From assembly GCA_002269645.1 (NCBI GenBank), contig NIVC01003583.1, forward strand, positions 25,592 through 89,591: a stretch of 64,000 nucleotides of DNA, read 5' to 3'. The notes beneath the pieces were generated by a model. The model was given only the letters and a program-made list of their open reading frames with translations, did not search any database and had not been told where the DNA came from. Every line of letters starts with the position of its first letter. Position 1 is the first letter of the stretch. Shown here piece after piece: positions 50,434 through 63,882 of this stretch. A program made the position numbers and the translations under genes. This DNA comes from Macrostomum lignano (lineage: Eukaryota).

Positions 50434-53082
50434 GCGTGATGATAAACACAGACACGCAGATATGGCCAAAAAGTCCACTAATTCTAAAAGCACAGCGTGC
50501 CAATAATAATTCGAAGGTAATTGCAAGTAAAATTGAAGCTGGATGAAATTTCTTACCTTTATTTAACTTTATAGAGATGTAGAAAAACAATTGATAGAAT
50601 TATTTTCTTTCTATTGAGAGAGCTTTTACGTCCAGATAATCCAGTAATTGTGTATTTTTTGCGACCTGTTAATGGATTCTTGCAAGAATTATTTTCGTAT
50701 ATAATGTGGGTATTGGATCCCTAATGTAGAATTATAGCTATATACTGTCGCGTTTCCCAACGAGATTCCATTTCCAGGAAATTCACTGTACGCTATGAAT
50801 TTTAATGCACACAGAAATTTCTTGGAAATTGTTCAACCAGACTATTGAGCTTAAAAAATAAGAATGTGCATCATAATTCAAAAGAATCTGGCAATAGCTA
50901 CTCTGGCGAAAAAAGCCTAAACTCAGTGGTGCGGGCTGGCCTAAATTCCTATTACTCGTATTAAGAATCATAGCACAAAGCATTCCTGGGGGTAGAAAGG
51001 TGGAGAATAAAGGCGGTTTTTTAATTCATCGGCACGTGCGTTGTCATGAGCAGTATTGACATTACCGCTAGCTACTGTCTCCACAGCTAAAGAGGCTCTT
51101 CATATTGCTTGTTCTGGTTCTAGAACCAGAACCAGTTTGTAAAGTATAACTTTTTGTCTCCTTCACTAGAGGGATATACTTGCTATAAACTCTTAATTAT
51201 TGAATGAAAATCGCCAAGAAGAAAGTGAAAAATTGTGCAAAGTGAGGCAGTCAAATATTAACAGAGTTAAATAATTATACTGCTGTTTTTCTTGGAAGAT
51301 CCGAACCGATTCTGGTTCTGGAATTGGTAATGTGAAGAGGCTTAAAGTCTCAGTCACTTAACGCGTCAATAAGCGCAATAAAAATACGTATAGAATATTG
51401 TTAAAATAAATTAAAGAATACAAGTAGTACATGCGAGCGAGATAAGGAGATACGGTACACATATACTGCTACGAATTACACTGTCACAAAAGTGCACTCT
51501 CCCTCCCCGCATTGGAAAAAGAGTGAATGACTAAGTGGGGAGAGGCCTGTGATTTTGTGAGAGCGCAAAACTCAGTGGCTTGGGCTGCCCCTATTTCGCC
51601 CTGCTCGCCCCGTCTCGTGTATCCATGCAACACCCACAGACCAAACACTAAACAGATACATTATACTCGCACTTCTTTGAATGTGTCTTCTTTCTGTTAT
51701 ACTGTAATGCTTCTGCTACGAGTGTGTATGCTTATTTACAAGACTTCTTGCACACTGTCTAACATTCTACATTATAGCTCCAGTACTAGTTCTTCTATTT
51801 CTAAATGTAACAATTCTTACAATAAGTAGTGTGCTTTACATGTACTTCTTTGCCTGTTGACCCTGTGCCTATCTATACGCCCAACAGTATATTCGGCCTA
51901 GTGGCTAAACTCATTCGCTTTTGTATGCGCACAGCCTTGTCTAGAAACCCCAATTTTTTCACTATTGAAATCCGTAGCCTATTACTGATGGCTTAAAACA
52001 GTAGTATACCCGGGAGCGCCTATTTGGGACCGGAGCCCGGTGGCCGAGGGAGAGAGATGGAGGAGATATAAGGTGAGATGTGGGGTGAGAGAGAGAGAGA
52101 GAGGGAGAGCGAGAGGCAGGGAGAGATGCAGGGTAGGACGCCAGCAAATGGGGAGGAGCCGATATTGATCGAACACCGACCTCAGTCTACAAAGTCCCTA
52201 AGTTTTAAGAACTAAATTTTAAGAATCCTCAGTTTGTAATGGCTTATGGCTGAAATGTTGTCTCACAGGGTAAGTTTAAGGCTCAGTACGGAGGTTTAAC
52301 AATTGGATTCCCAAGGGTTACTTAGGAATCGTTGATAGGCCAAGCAACAAATGGAGAGTAAGAGATAGAGCATGGTGATGCCAAACTTTGATGCCAGCTC
52401 TCAATGTGGATGCTGATTTCTTAGGCTAGATTTGTCCCGCGCTTTTGTAAATTTTCAAAAACAAATAAGAAACCTGCTCGTTCAAGGAAAACTAGACTGT
52501 CAAGTTTCGAAGAAGAATTTTGATCAGTAAGATTATATATACATATATTTAAATAGTATATTGTAGTTCGTATATGCAAGAACATTTGCAATTTTTCGGT
52601 TAGAAAATCGCGCATACGACACAGTCGTATCAGGCGGTCTGTATCACAGTGACGCCAAATTTCTTCTAAGCTTCAGTACTTGCATGAAAGGTTGAGCATT
52701 CTATTTAAACAATATGCAGTCTGGTTGCTTTAAAAAACTCTCCCTTAGAAGTTCAAACCCATGTTATAAGTATAGAACATGCGAATCAATGGAGTTGTAT
52801 TATAGCAGTAGAAGCATCATTGTATCGGGCGCTCACATTCATGATACTCTTAGAAGCGATGTTTCAAAGAGGTGAACAAACATATTTTACGAATTTAAAC
52901 AACTGCAATTTCGCACTATTCCCGCCATGAACTCTGATCTTCGTTAAACATTGGTTTGAATCGTCGAAAATGAAGAATCTGGTGAGGCAAATAGTTGGGT
53001 GATATTACATGTAACACAAGTTTTCAGTTTGAAGTAAGAGCTTCTTAAGAGGCTCAGTTAAAAGAGATCCGTTTCGAAATCA

Positions 53083-56000
53083 CTACGCCGACCGTTTCTC
53101 TTCGGCAGGGGCTGCAGCTCCTCCAGGAGCGCCCGCCGTTGCCGTGGCCGACTGTCTCCGCTTGGCCATCTGGCTCAGCTTCAGCGCCTCCAGCTCTTGT
53201 CGGCGAGCTTCTTCGGCCTCCCGGTGGGCGATGATGTGCTCCACCTGAGTCAGGAACTGTCAAGGAAGGAAAGCGGTTTGACAAATGGTGAAAACTAGCT
53301 TAAGGATGACTGCACAGATATCGGAACTCGGGTTTTTTAATTTGAGGCAAAGGGGGAGCTGAGTGCACCCTGGCGCACTTTAAACGACGAAATTGTTACA
53401 CAACAAGTTAACCCAAAAAATGTGACTAGTGTGTTATTTGTAATCGAGCCTGAGAAGCTGGCACATAAGAGTACTACTCTAGATCACTAGGCAGCACTAG
53501 GGTAGAAATTTGAGAAGACAGGTGCATGGGTGGCTGTTTTGTGCTTCACTGGAGCATGCGCTGCATTGAGCACTACTGACATCACTGCTACTGTCTCCAG
53601 CTCCACTAAGCTACAGTCTGAGTCGCTAAAATGCGTCTCCTGCGCTAATGTCCCAAATCACAAGAGTTACAATAAAATATCGAGTTTTCCTATACAAATC
53701 CTAGTTTCTCAACGCTGCCTATTTTAAAAAGCTGTCTAAAACCCCTGAAGTACTCAATTTTTCTTTAAAAGCAAGCAGAAGCATCAGCATCAAACATCTG
53801 TTCCTGCATTCAATTTTCGACTACATTTATTTAGGACTCATCCACGAAAACTAGTTTTGCGCGATGCCCACTGCAACTTAGCTAACTACAGGCACCGATA
53901 AATCAAAAAAGGTTGAAACTTCTAGCAGGGAGGAGCGGGCTCACCTCCGGCTTTCTCGTGTCCTTCTTCTTCATGAAGTCGATGAAAGACCGGGCACCGT
54001 GCAGCGACGAGAGCGTCTCGTTCATCTCCTGCGCCCGTTGACGCGCCTCCAGCTGCTTGGTGTCCTTGCGCTCCTCCGGGTCCTCCAGCGGCTGGCCAGC
54101 TGGCAGCTTCCGCCAGGTCTCCGGCTCCAGGTACCAGGCTCCGTAGCGGAACTTCATCCAGCCGGGGTCGGTAGAATCGCCGGCCTCTTTGCCCAGCCGG
54201 CGCAGATACTCGCGCTCCATCTCAGCCTCCTCGCGGTCCTGATGCCGCTGAGGTGGCAGGGCAATGTTTTGCCGCAGCTCCGGCGGGATGCTCGTCAGCT
54301 CCACGACGTGGATCGGCACCGACAGGGCCGGCTTGGTCTCGTAGCCGCTGGCGAAGAGGCTCATGACGGTGCTCTCCTCGATGTTGTTTGCTTCGCCGCC
54401 TAGGGAGGCAACCCATTCGCAGAAGTCCTTGGTAACCTGTTGGAGAGAAATAATAATATGAGCAAGAGGTTTTGTATGCCGCCCGAGTGCGATGAAATGC
54501 TATTCCGAGTTTGTCTATGGTAAAACCAGAAGTACCATTGTGATTTAGGGTGCCACTCCATTTAAGGTGTGATTTCATTAGATGGGTGCCATTATATTTG
54601 AGGAAGCGCCTGTATTATCAATCGAATTATATTATAAGAGCTTTTAGTTTATGTTAGTACTGAAACTAATCCATCCGGACAATTCTAATACTGCGAAATA
54701 AGCGAAACCGGCGCTGATGACAATTCTGAGCACAGACAAGCGCACCAATACTGTACGCTGGCACGCAATCACACACACGCTCACACGGGGTGTACAGAGG
54801 CCCTGACTTTCTAATCGTCAACCATGTACACTCTCTGCGCCTTTGGGTTGGCCATTATGGGTGTGAATCGAACGACAACCTCCCGGACAAATGAATGTGG
54901 CCGCGGACGGAATGGAACCAGCAGTCGTGACGCGAGTGTTTACCACTGAGCTGCTCTCCCATCCTAGCCTACTACAAATAGTACGAGTACACGCAGAAGC
55001 GCGCGCACCTTTTCAATATGCGGATCCTTGGCCGGCTCTTGGCGCAGCCGAGCGTCGGCGTCTCGTCCAGCCGCCGTCGCGGCCGCTTCCTCGCGTTTTT
55101 TAATCCATGAATAGAAGTGCCGGCCGTCCGCCGACTTGCTGCTCTTCGCGCGTTCGCCGGAGGCGCCGCCGCTGCCGTTCGAATCGGCGCTGGTCTGCAC
55201 CTCCTGGTGCCGGATGCTCGCCTGGTGCTGACCGTCAGCGCTCAACAGGGTCGCTTCATCGACGCCCTCCGTCTCCAGCAGGGTCATCTCCGGGTCTAGC
55301 AGGTCCACGATATCGTCGTACACCTTGAAATAGAAATCATGTAAAAGTTTTGATTGCTTCGAGAGCAGCAGCAAAAAAATAGAAAGAAGAAACATCTCAA
55401 ATAATTGGGTATTTTTCTAAGATAAGGCTGTATGAGCTCGGCGTGAGCATAACGCGAACGAGGATGAGAACACTGGATCAGTCAGGAAAAATTCCAAGTT
55501 GGTTAACTGCGGATGTTTTAATTTTATTTGTGCGTCGGGCCATCATTAGTTTTGAACTCTTAATACAAGTAAGCCAGGTTTCTGAGTTTCTACTCTTTGT
55601 CAGCTGGTATTAAGCGCAGAGCAAGTTCTCCAGTGGATAAGACACATTCGCTTACCCTATTTAAGATTCCATTCAAATTCTTTAATCAATACTGAGAAAT
55701 GTACACACTGTATACATTTACGTTTGAAATATTGTAGACAACGTGCAACCTTACGTATGGACACGTAATCCCAGAAACGTACACCTTTTGAGTCACTCCC
55801 TGCACTTACGCGTACATGCGAGTACGACGCATGCATGTAGTGGTACAGGGACGAAAAGTGTTGTTTAGTAGTCCCGATTTGTACTAGGAAAGATTTATTA
55901 ACTCTGTAACCAGTTGAGATTCTGATGGTTATTCTGCAAAATTTGTTGCAAAATCTATATTCTAAAATGTTAACCTAAAACCTATTCTACCGCTCTGTGT

Positions 56001-56943
56001 GCGCTTCTTACCTCCGGAGGAACCGACTCCTCCAGGTGCGGGTAGAGGGCCAATGGGTGTTGGACGAGTCCGTACTCCAGCTCAGAAATGTGCTGCCGCT
56101 GTTTTCTCTGCAGGGGCGTCTGCTTCGAGAAGCAAATCTCTTCTTTGGTGTAGCGGCCGTCGTTGACGCTTTGCTTAATCGGAGTGGCGCCTGTGTTGTG
56201 CGACTTTAGAGCGGGGCCCAGACCAGCGTTTGGATTCTGCGAGTTTTTCATGGGGAAGTATCGTAAATTCGTGACTCAATGAATGCGCAAAATGTGTTCT
56301 TAAATGAGATAAATACATTTCAAAAATAGAGTGCGTCAATATTTGCTTCTAATCAAAATAAACCATCTCTCGAATTTCTCAGAAGATGCATTTCAAGGAA
56401 TTCGACGAAAATAATTTTAGGCGTTAGTTACATCTTATTCTTAAATGCCGTATAAAACTGCTTTGAAACGTTGACCTTAGATTAGCAAAATATGCTGTCA
56501 CCGAAGATAGCATTCAACTTACTCTGATAACAACAGATCCTTCTGTAATTGGTGGCAAGCCATCTCGAAAGTCATCCAGACCATCTTTTACGAATACCCA
56601 GTCTTTTCCAACGTTTACTTTTCCAGGGTTGCCCGGTCCTGTCGCCTTTGAGTACTTTAAATTGATGCGTTCCTTGTACCTGAAATTAGGTGTTCATTTT
56701 TTATCTTTTTCCTTGTATGCTATTTATTTCGACTTAATCATTAAAAAATTATTACTTTATTTGGTGCCTCGCATCGGGGTTTAGGACAGATATCAGATTA
56801 ATAGACAAAACAGTACATGTAGGTGTCCGTATCTTGCCTGCAATTTGAAACGCAAAATGGAAAAATACTTACCAAGGGATATTCTGCTTCTTTTTATCAC
56901 TCTCTGTAGTTACCAGCAGTAGGTCATATTTCTTTTCAGCCAT
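53083..56943 (-). CDS. FAM47: FAM47-family protein, six exons, ~477 aa
   Basis: Exons 56873-56943, 56523-56679, 56012-56236, 55009-55323, 53945-54436 and 53083-53256 have GT-AG boundaries and join in frame (1434 nt, ATG to TAG). Family motifs: PWYKER, WVFVKDGLDDFRDGLPP, PLALYPHLEESVPPE, DLLDPE, FCEWVASLGGE..SLFASGYETKP and KFRYGAWYL. Confidence 0.88.
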
Positions 56944-57549
56944 TGTTTTGATATTAAATTATTGTTAGCGACGAAGCACTGTAAGCAACGAAGAAGCAAC
57001 GTCGTAGAACATATGGGGCAAACGAAACGAGAATACCAGAAGAAAATTTTAGTAGAGAAGTCATTTTAAAACTTGCTAGAGTCTATAGCATTTTTAATAT
57101 CTATATATATATCATTACATAAAACATATTTTAAAACACTCTTAAGATAGCCATCAGCAAAAAATATGATCCTATTGAAGAAAGCTTGTATAGTGGTGCA
57201 ACATTGTTATAGTGCTTAACACAAAGCAAAATTAAAAATTATAAGCCGGATTCCGGATTCTGTTGTGGTGATTCCAGAAATAGAAACGTCAGGCGTAGGC
57301 GTAGGGTAGACGGTAGGCCTAGGTAACAGATACTGGCTATTGTGTGCTGCATAATGAGGCCTAACATTAGAAAAACAGTTGATAGCAACCTAACATTCCT
57401 AACAGTAAGCTTTAACAATTCATATATTTTTTGCACACCTAAAATCAAATGAACAAACAATTCGAGAAGAATGCCAATATTAGGATTAGTATTAAGTAGT
57501 CCAGTCCTAAGTCTAAAAGTAGAAATCTTAAGCCTAACTTTCACTTTAA

Positions 57550-58760
57550 GTTGCAAATTTTCATAAAAATAAATTAATATATATTATATGATTCATGATT
57601 GTCGATAAGTTGCATTTTATAATATTTAATAGGCTATCCATGACCATTGCAAGCATTGCTTAATTATAATATATTTTTTTCTTTATTGAAAAGACAATTT
57701 TGTTTCTTAAAAAGTAAAAGTAGGCCTTAGAAGCAATATTAAATATTATTTGTCTTGGCTTTATATTTATAATCAATATATATTAGCTTTTGTTCTAGGC
57801 CTATGCCTTTTTTTCCCTTTTTAAATTCAAATTATATAAAACTTTTATTTATGCAACTTGAACTTAGTATTAGTATTATATTATAGTAGTTTAGTATTAT
57901 AGTTATAGGCCTAATTTATAATCAAATTTATTGCATTTAATTTAAAGTTATATTTTTTAAATGCTATGGTATAATAATAGGCCTAGGCCCTAATTATTTA
58001 ATTTATATTTATAATTGAGAAAATCATTTAACTTAGACTTAGATATAAGTAGGCTTGTATAACTAGTTTTGCATATTATTAGTTATTTTTATATAGAAAA
58101 TAATTACTTTTAAATAACTTAAAATTAAAGCTTAGTAAATGATAATAGATAATAGACAAGCTAGATAGCAAATGTAACATTATTGAATGTCTACTTTTGT
58201 TTAAAACTTTAAATAATGTTTTCTAAAACATATTTGTTTAATGTAAATAATGTATATAATCTTAAATATGTTCTTTGCATATAAATAAGCTTTTTGGATC
58301 ATATGCAGCATGCTATTGTTATTAGAATCTATTTTAAAATAATATTTTAATTTCTTTACTAATAGAGGTAAACATATACTTAAGAAGATTATAAAGTGTT
58401 AACAAGGACCAACATTCAAACAAAGCTGCTATTAAATAAGTTTTTTAATCTTATAGGCTTTTTTACTCTATTAAACTATTTAACTATAAGAAATTTCTTG
58501 ATTTCTTGAATTTTAAAAATAAGATCAAGTACTCAATTTATTTAACTATTGAGTATCAAGTTTAATACTTATTAGGACTCTAATATAGGGTCTAGATCAT
58601 TATATTATTTAAAACTCATTAAGTATTGCCTGGAAATTAGATAATATTATTTTTATTAGAAGATTAGGAATATAAAATAGGTTTAAAAAATTATATTGCA
58701 TATCTAGCCCTAGTCTTCAACTAATATCAAACTTAATCCTAATCTTAACCCCAACCTTAA
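57550..58760. other. Extremely AT-rich low-complexity tract with recurrent TAGGCCTA-type palindromes
   Basis: Visible composition shift between the two divergent genes; no credible ORF. Confidence 0.7.
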
Positions 58761-59346
58761 TCCTAGCATATATCTATTGGCAATGGAAATTACCAATAGT
58801 CAAATGATACTAGTCCCATGGAAAATATCAGTTATGTTTTTACCTTAGTTGAGTATCAAAATTGCACTCTTATCCTATTTTTTATAATAGAATTGAATTG
58901 GCAAGTGTTTTTAGTTGTAATGATGATGTGTTTATATTAGAAAAATTATAAACTTAATTTATTTAGTTATTATATTGTTTCTTCATATGTGCATAAGCTA
59001 AAATTATCTTACAAGCTAAATTTATCCATTTTTGTGACCAAGATCTGTTTTAAAATATCATATGCATAACATAGTTAATTGAATATGCAACTTTCATGCC
59101 CCACTGTGCCTTGACTTGTTTAAAAAGCAATCACAGCGTACATTCCCACCCAGGAGCAGTCCAATCAACTGCAGCCAAATTTATCCGGCACTATTTTAAC
59201 TCCCTGCATTGCCTTAAAACAGTTTTTTCCAACTGCCAAAATTGCAACTCAAAGAGTGGAACAACTGCCAATTCGTTTGCATTCCAAAGCAAAGCACATT
59301 GGTCGGGTTATTTTGCCCAACCAGCTCCTAGTCCTTGCCTGGCGCC

Positions 59347-62300
59347 ATGGGCCTGTTGGACATCCTGAAACGTTTCGGCAAGAAGGCCGAGGATCACGTG
59401 AAAATCAATCCATTTGTTCGGCGCGATGTGGACCCGTTTCTGGCCTGGGAGAAGGAGGACAAAATTGGCGATGGAGCTTTTGGTGAAGTGTTCCGCGGCC
59501 GGCAGAAGGAGACTGGCAGGCTGGCTGCCATCAAGCAGATCGGGTTGACAGCGAAGAGGACCTAATGGATTACATGGTTGAGATTAACATACTGACAAAG
59601 TGCAAGCACAAGACTATTATTGAACTGTTTGAGGCCTATTTGTACGATAGCAAGCTGTGGCTGTGCCTGGAGTACTGCAAGTTTGGCGCCCTGGACTCTA
59701 TTATGATCGAATTGGACAAGGTTGGTTCCACTTCTCTAACATACAGCTGTATTTTCCTAGTATAATTGCCTCGTTATCTTATTAGTAGTATCAAAAATGG
59801 TCTTAATGATCTTGATTGCCGAGTTATTTAAATAGATATTTCACACGAAACTTCCAATATTGACTTCAAATTATGGTAAAAATTTCGAGTCAGTGAAGGC
59901 GACTCTGACAATGTCTATCTCGATAAGATCCTTAGATTCCCAGTTGCTGGGCCAGCCTCCCAGATCCTCAGTTGCTGGGCCAGCCTCCCAGATCCTCAGT
60001 TGCTAGGCCAGCCTCCCAGATCCTCAGTTGCTGAGCCAGTCTACCAGGTTCCACTTTTCTAAAAAATGTGGTAATTGGCGAGAGTAAATTTTGCTAGAGA
60101 GTAAATTATAAGAAAAAAGTGCCTTGTCATCTCAGTTGTATTAAAAATTGGTCTAATTGGTCTAGATGAAGATGGCCGGGTTATTTAAGCAGATATTTCG
60201 CATGAAGCTCCCAAGATTGACTTTGATTGTGAAAAAATTTCTAGCCTGTAAAGGCGAGTCTGACAGTGCCTGTCTCAATAAATCAATTCATAGTATCAAT
60301 AAATTTTGCATTGCTTGCAACAGTGCAGAGTGAAAAGTTGAATCTCCGGTGTGCAGGCGGTCCTAATAAATACTGCGCAATGTTTGTCAAGTATGGGGGC
60401 AGATAAACTGATTATTTCATATTGTTATTCTAGTTGAGTTATAGTGTAGCAACAACAACCGCCACAGATTTCGCACTTGGCTTTTTTGCGACCAAACTTT
60501 TGAGCTCAGTAACTATTTAACCCGGTGAGGCATTGCTGCTAGTCTGGCTATATTTGGAATAGTCTCTTAGAGAGTTTTAATATAGATAAGGTAAATGAAG
60601 ATTTTTTCTAGTTTAAAAAAATACGAATTCTACTATCTTTAAATACCAAAATAGGACTTTCCTCTGCTGAAGCAGTGACTAGCGTTGATAAATGAAAGCT
60701 GTTAAAATTAGTTGAACATCAATGCTTTAGTATAAAGCCATTGATAATGTCGCAGGCCTCACAACCAATGTGTGTATAATACGGCTGCCTCTTAAGCTGG
60801 TGCGCTCCGCTGGTTCAACTGCGTCTGCCGCTCTTTGACACACTTAAAATTTACCTCTAGCTTTTCTGTTGATCCTTAGATCCACAGCCAGCCTCCCAAA
60901 GTGTCAGTTGCTGGGCCAGCCTCCCAGAGTGTCAGTTGCTGGGCCAGCCTCCCAGAGTGTCAGTTGCTGGGCCAGCCTCCCAGAGCCTCAGTTGCTGGGC
61001 CAGCCTCCCAGAGTGTCAGTTGCTGGGCCAGCCTCCCAGAGTGTCAGTTGCTGGGCCAGCCTCGCAGATCCCCAGTTGCTGGGCCAGCCTCCCAGAGTGT
61101 CAGTTGCTAGGCCAGCCTCCCAGAGCCTCAGTTGCTGGGCCAGCCTCCCAGATCCTCAGTTGCTAGGCCAGCCTCCCAGAGCCTCAGTTGCTAGGCCAGC
61201 CTCGCAGATCCTCAGTTGCTGGGCCAGCCTCCTAGAGTGTCAGTTGCTGGGCCAGCCTCGCAGATCCCCAGTTGCTGGGCCAGCCTCGCAGCCCATCAGA
61301 AGTGCTAACAATCTCCATTCCTCACTCCCCAATCCCCACACCAGGGCCTGGCCGAGCCGCAGATCCGCATGGTCTGCCGCGAGGTGACGGACGGGCTGAA
61401 GTATCTGCACTCGCAGGGCGTCATCCACCGCGACCTGAAGGCCGGCAACGTGCTGCTGACTTCGGAGGCCGTCATCAAGCTGGCCGACTTCGGCGTCTCG
61501 GCCATGGGCGACTCGCCGGAAGTGAAGCGGAACTCCTTCATCGGCTCGCAGTACTGGATGGCCCCGGAGGTCATGGCCTGCGAGACCTACAATGAAGTGC
61601 CGTACGGCACTCAGGCGGACGTGTGGAGTCTGGGCGTCACCCTGATCGAGCTGGCCCAGATGCTGCCGCCTCATCACAACATGCAGCCGATGCGAGTGGC
61701 CATCCGGGTCATTAAGGGCGACCCGCCAAGGCTGGAGCGGCCCAAGCAGTGGAGCGATGAGTTCAATCATTTTTTGAGTGAGTAGTTAAAGCTGACATTT
61801 TTAAAATTACCCGAAAATTAATTTAAGAAATTTGCCGCTATAATAGACGGGTCATTTTCGCAAGCTCAAAATTTTACAAGCTCAAATCTTCACCAGCTCA
61901 AATCTTCACAAGCTCAAATCTTCACAAGCTCAAATCTTCACAAGCTCAAATCTTCACAAGCTCAAATCTTCACAAGCTCAAATCTTCACAAGCTCAAATC
62001 TTCACAAGCTCAAATCTTCACAAGCTCAAATCTTCACAAGCTCAAATCTTCACAAGCTCAAATCTTCACAAGCTCAAATCTTCACAAGCTCAAATCTTCA
62101 CAAGCTCAGATCTTCACAAGCTCAAATCTTCACCAGCTCAAATCTTCACCAGCTCAAATCTTCACCAGCTCAAATCTTCACAAGCTCAGATCTTCACAAG
62201 CTCAAATCTTCACAAGCTCAAATCTTCACAAGCTCAAACCTTCACAAGCTCAAATCTTCACCAGCTCAAATCTTCACAAGCTCAGATCTTCACAAGCTCA

Positions 62301-63238
62301 AATCTTCACAAGCTCAAATCTTCACAAGCCCAAATCATACGGTTTCTTCAAATACAAAGAGTGAATCTTAAAGTCACTGTCATACTATCAGCGGCATATT
62401 GCAATGCTTTTCCAGGCGTAAAGTTTTCGAATAAAATGACAAAAAATTGAGATTGAATTTCTTAGAAAGAAGACGTATGCCGCCATTTCCAAGAAATAGG
62501 AGTGTCCTAACTCTTAATTTTTATCTAGTAGTCCTTGAATCTGACTGGGCACCGTGCACTTTTATATGATTTGCACCCCACCGCAGGCCGCTGCCTCGTG
62601 AAGACGCCGGAAACGCGGGCCAACATCTCCGAGCTGCTGTCGCACAAGTTCATCTCCGGCGTGCAGGAGTCTGACCGCCGGGTGCTGCGCAACCTCATCG
62701 CCGAGCTGCAGGCCTCACCCGAGGTCGAAGTTGAAGAGGTCGACCTTCGCGAGAGCGAATTGCGCGGCGGCGGCAGCGCCTCGGCGGCGGCGTCGGCGGC
62801 GGCGGCGTCCGGGACAGCATCTTCCCCATCGCCGATTTGGACGTCGACGAAGACGCGGCCGGCAGCAGCCTTCTGCACGGCGAGCGCTCGCTTGCGGCTC
62901 CTCTGGCCGGTTGAGCGCCGTCGGTGAAGCCGAAACCTTTCAGCAGCAGCAGCGTCGGTGGAGGCGCCGATGCCACGTGACCGCCGCTGTCATCCAAGAC
63001 GACGCCAAGTCCGAGGATTTGAGCGCCTCGTCTCCTCTGTTGAGATTCCACCGACGCCGCGCTGGAGCCCGACGCTGCTCCGTTTGTCGAACCGGCGGCA
63101 CGGGGCTCCGGAAGAGACGCCCAAAGCTGACGAGGCACCGACGCCCGCGTCGAGTTCGTCGCCGCAGTCGCCGTCGTCATTGGTGCAGCTGCCGCCACAG
63201 ACGCCCAACGCTGTTGTGCCGCGCCAGATGCTTTCGCG
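59347..63238 (+). CDS. SLK: STE20-family SLK/LOK(STK10)-like kinase, 5' partial (exons 59347-59720, 61345-61777, 62587-63238; continues beyond the window)
   Basis: MGLLDILKRF..RDVDP..IGDGAFGEVF..AAIKQI..DYMVEINIL..HRDLKAGN..DFGVSA..YWMAPEVMACET..DVWSLG..PMRV. GT-AG junctions are in phase. There is a 1-bp deletion at ~59543 (GGG run) and apparent further frameshifts in the low-complexity part of exon 3. Confidence 0.88.
59941..60048. repeat. 28-bp intronic minisatellite, small cluster (~4 units)
   Basis: CAGTTGCTGGGCCAGCCTCCCAGATCCT units. Confidence 0.9.
60887..61291. repeat. 28-bp intronic minisatellite, ~14 units
   Basis: CAGTTGCTGGGCCAGCCTCCCAGAGTGT and variants. Confidence 0.95.
61861..62336. 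repeat. 16-bp intronic minisatellite (CAAGCTCAAATCTTCA), ~30 units
   Basis: Tandem units read directly. Confidence 0.97.
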
Positions 63239-63288
63239 GTGAGTTGGGCTGGCTTGATTGCAGTTTGGGGCTCCTGGTCTGAAGTTAG

Positions 63289-63882
63289 AAACTGAAGCAT
63301 CATCATATCCCTGAAACTGAGAATTAATATCCCTGAAGCTGAGCATCATATCCCTGAAACTGAGAATTATCATATCCTGAAGCTGAGCATCATATCCCTG
63401 AAATGAGAATTATCATATCCCTGAAGCTGAGCATCATATCCCTGAAACTGAGAATTATCATATCCCTGAAGCTGAGCATCATATCCCTGAAACTGAGAAT
63501 TATCATATCCCTGAGTGAGCATCATATCCTGAAACTGAGAATTATCATATCCTGAAGCTGAGCATCATATCCCTGAAACTGAGAATTATCATATCCCTGA
63601 AGCTGAGCATCATCATATCCTGAAGCTGAGATCATCATATCCATGAAGCTAAGCATCGTCATATCCCTGAAGCTGAGCATCATCATATCATAAAGCTGAG
63701 CATCATCATATCCCTGAAGCTGAGCATCATCATATCCCTGAAGCTAAGCATCGTCATATCCCTGAAGCTGAGCATCGTCATATCCCTGAAGCTGAGCATC
63801 ATCATATCCATAAGCTGAGCATCATCATATCCATTAAAGCTGAGCATCATCATATCTCTGAACTGAGCATCATATCCTTGAA
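63289..63882. repeat. 21/24-bp intronic minisatellite (GAAGCTGAGCATCATCATATCCCT and variants)
   Basis: The left part alternates two unit types; the right part is mostly the 24-mer. Confidence 0.95.

Noticed and set aside
47533-50590. Cys-rich ORFs (CVLCEGLV / CCVRDW) resembling metallothionein or keratin-associated proteins
   Set aside because: They are readings of the minisatellite in several frames, broken by unit-length variation.
58725-58765. Telomere-like CCTAA repeats
   Set aside because: Only a few degenerate units, internal, not a TTAGGG array.
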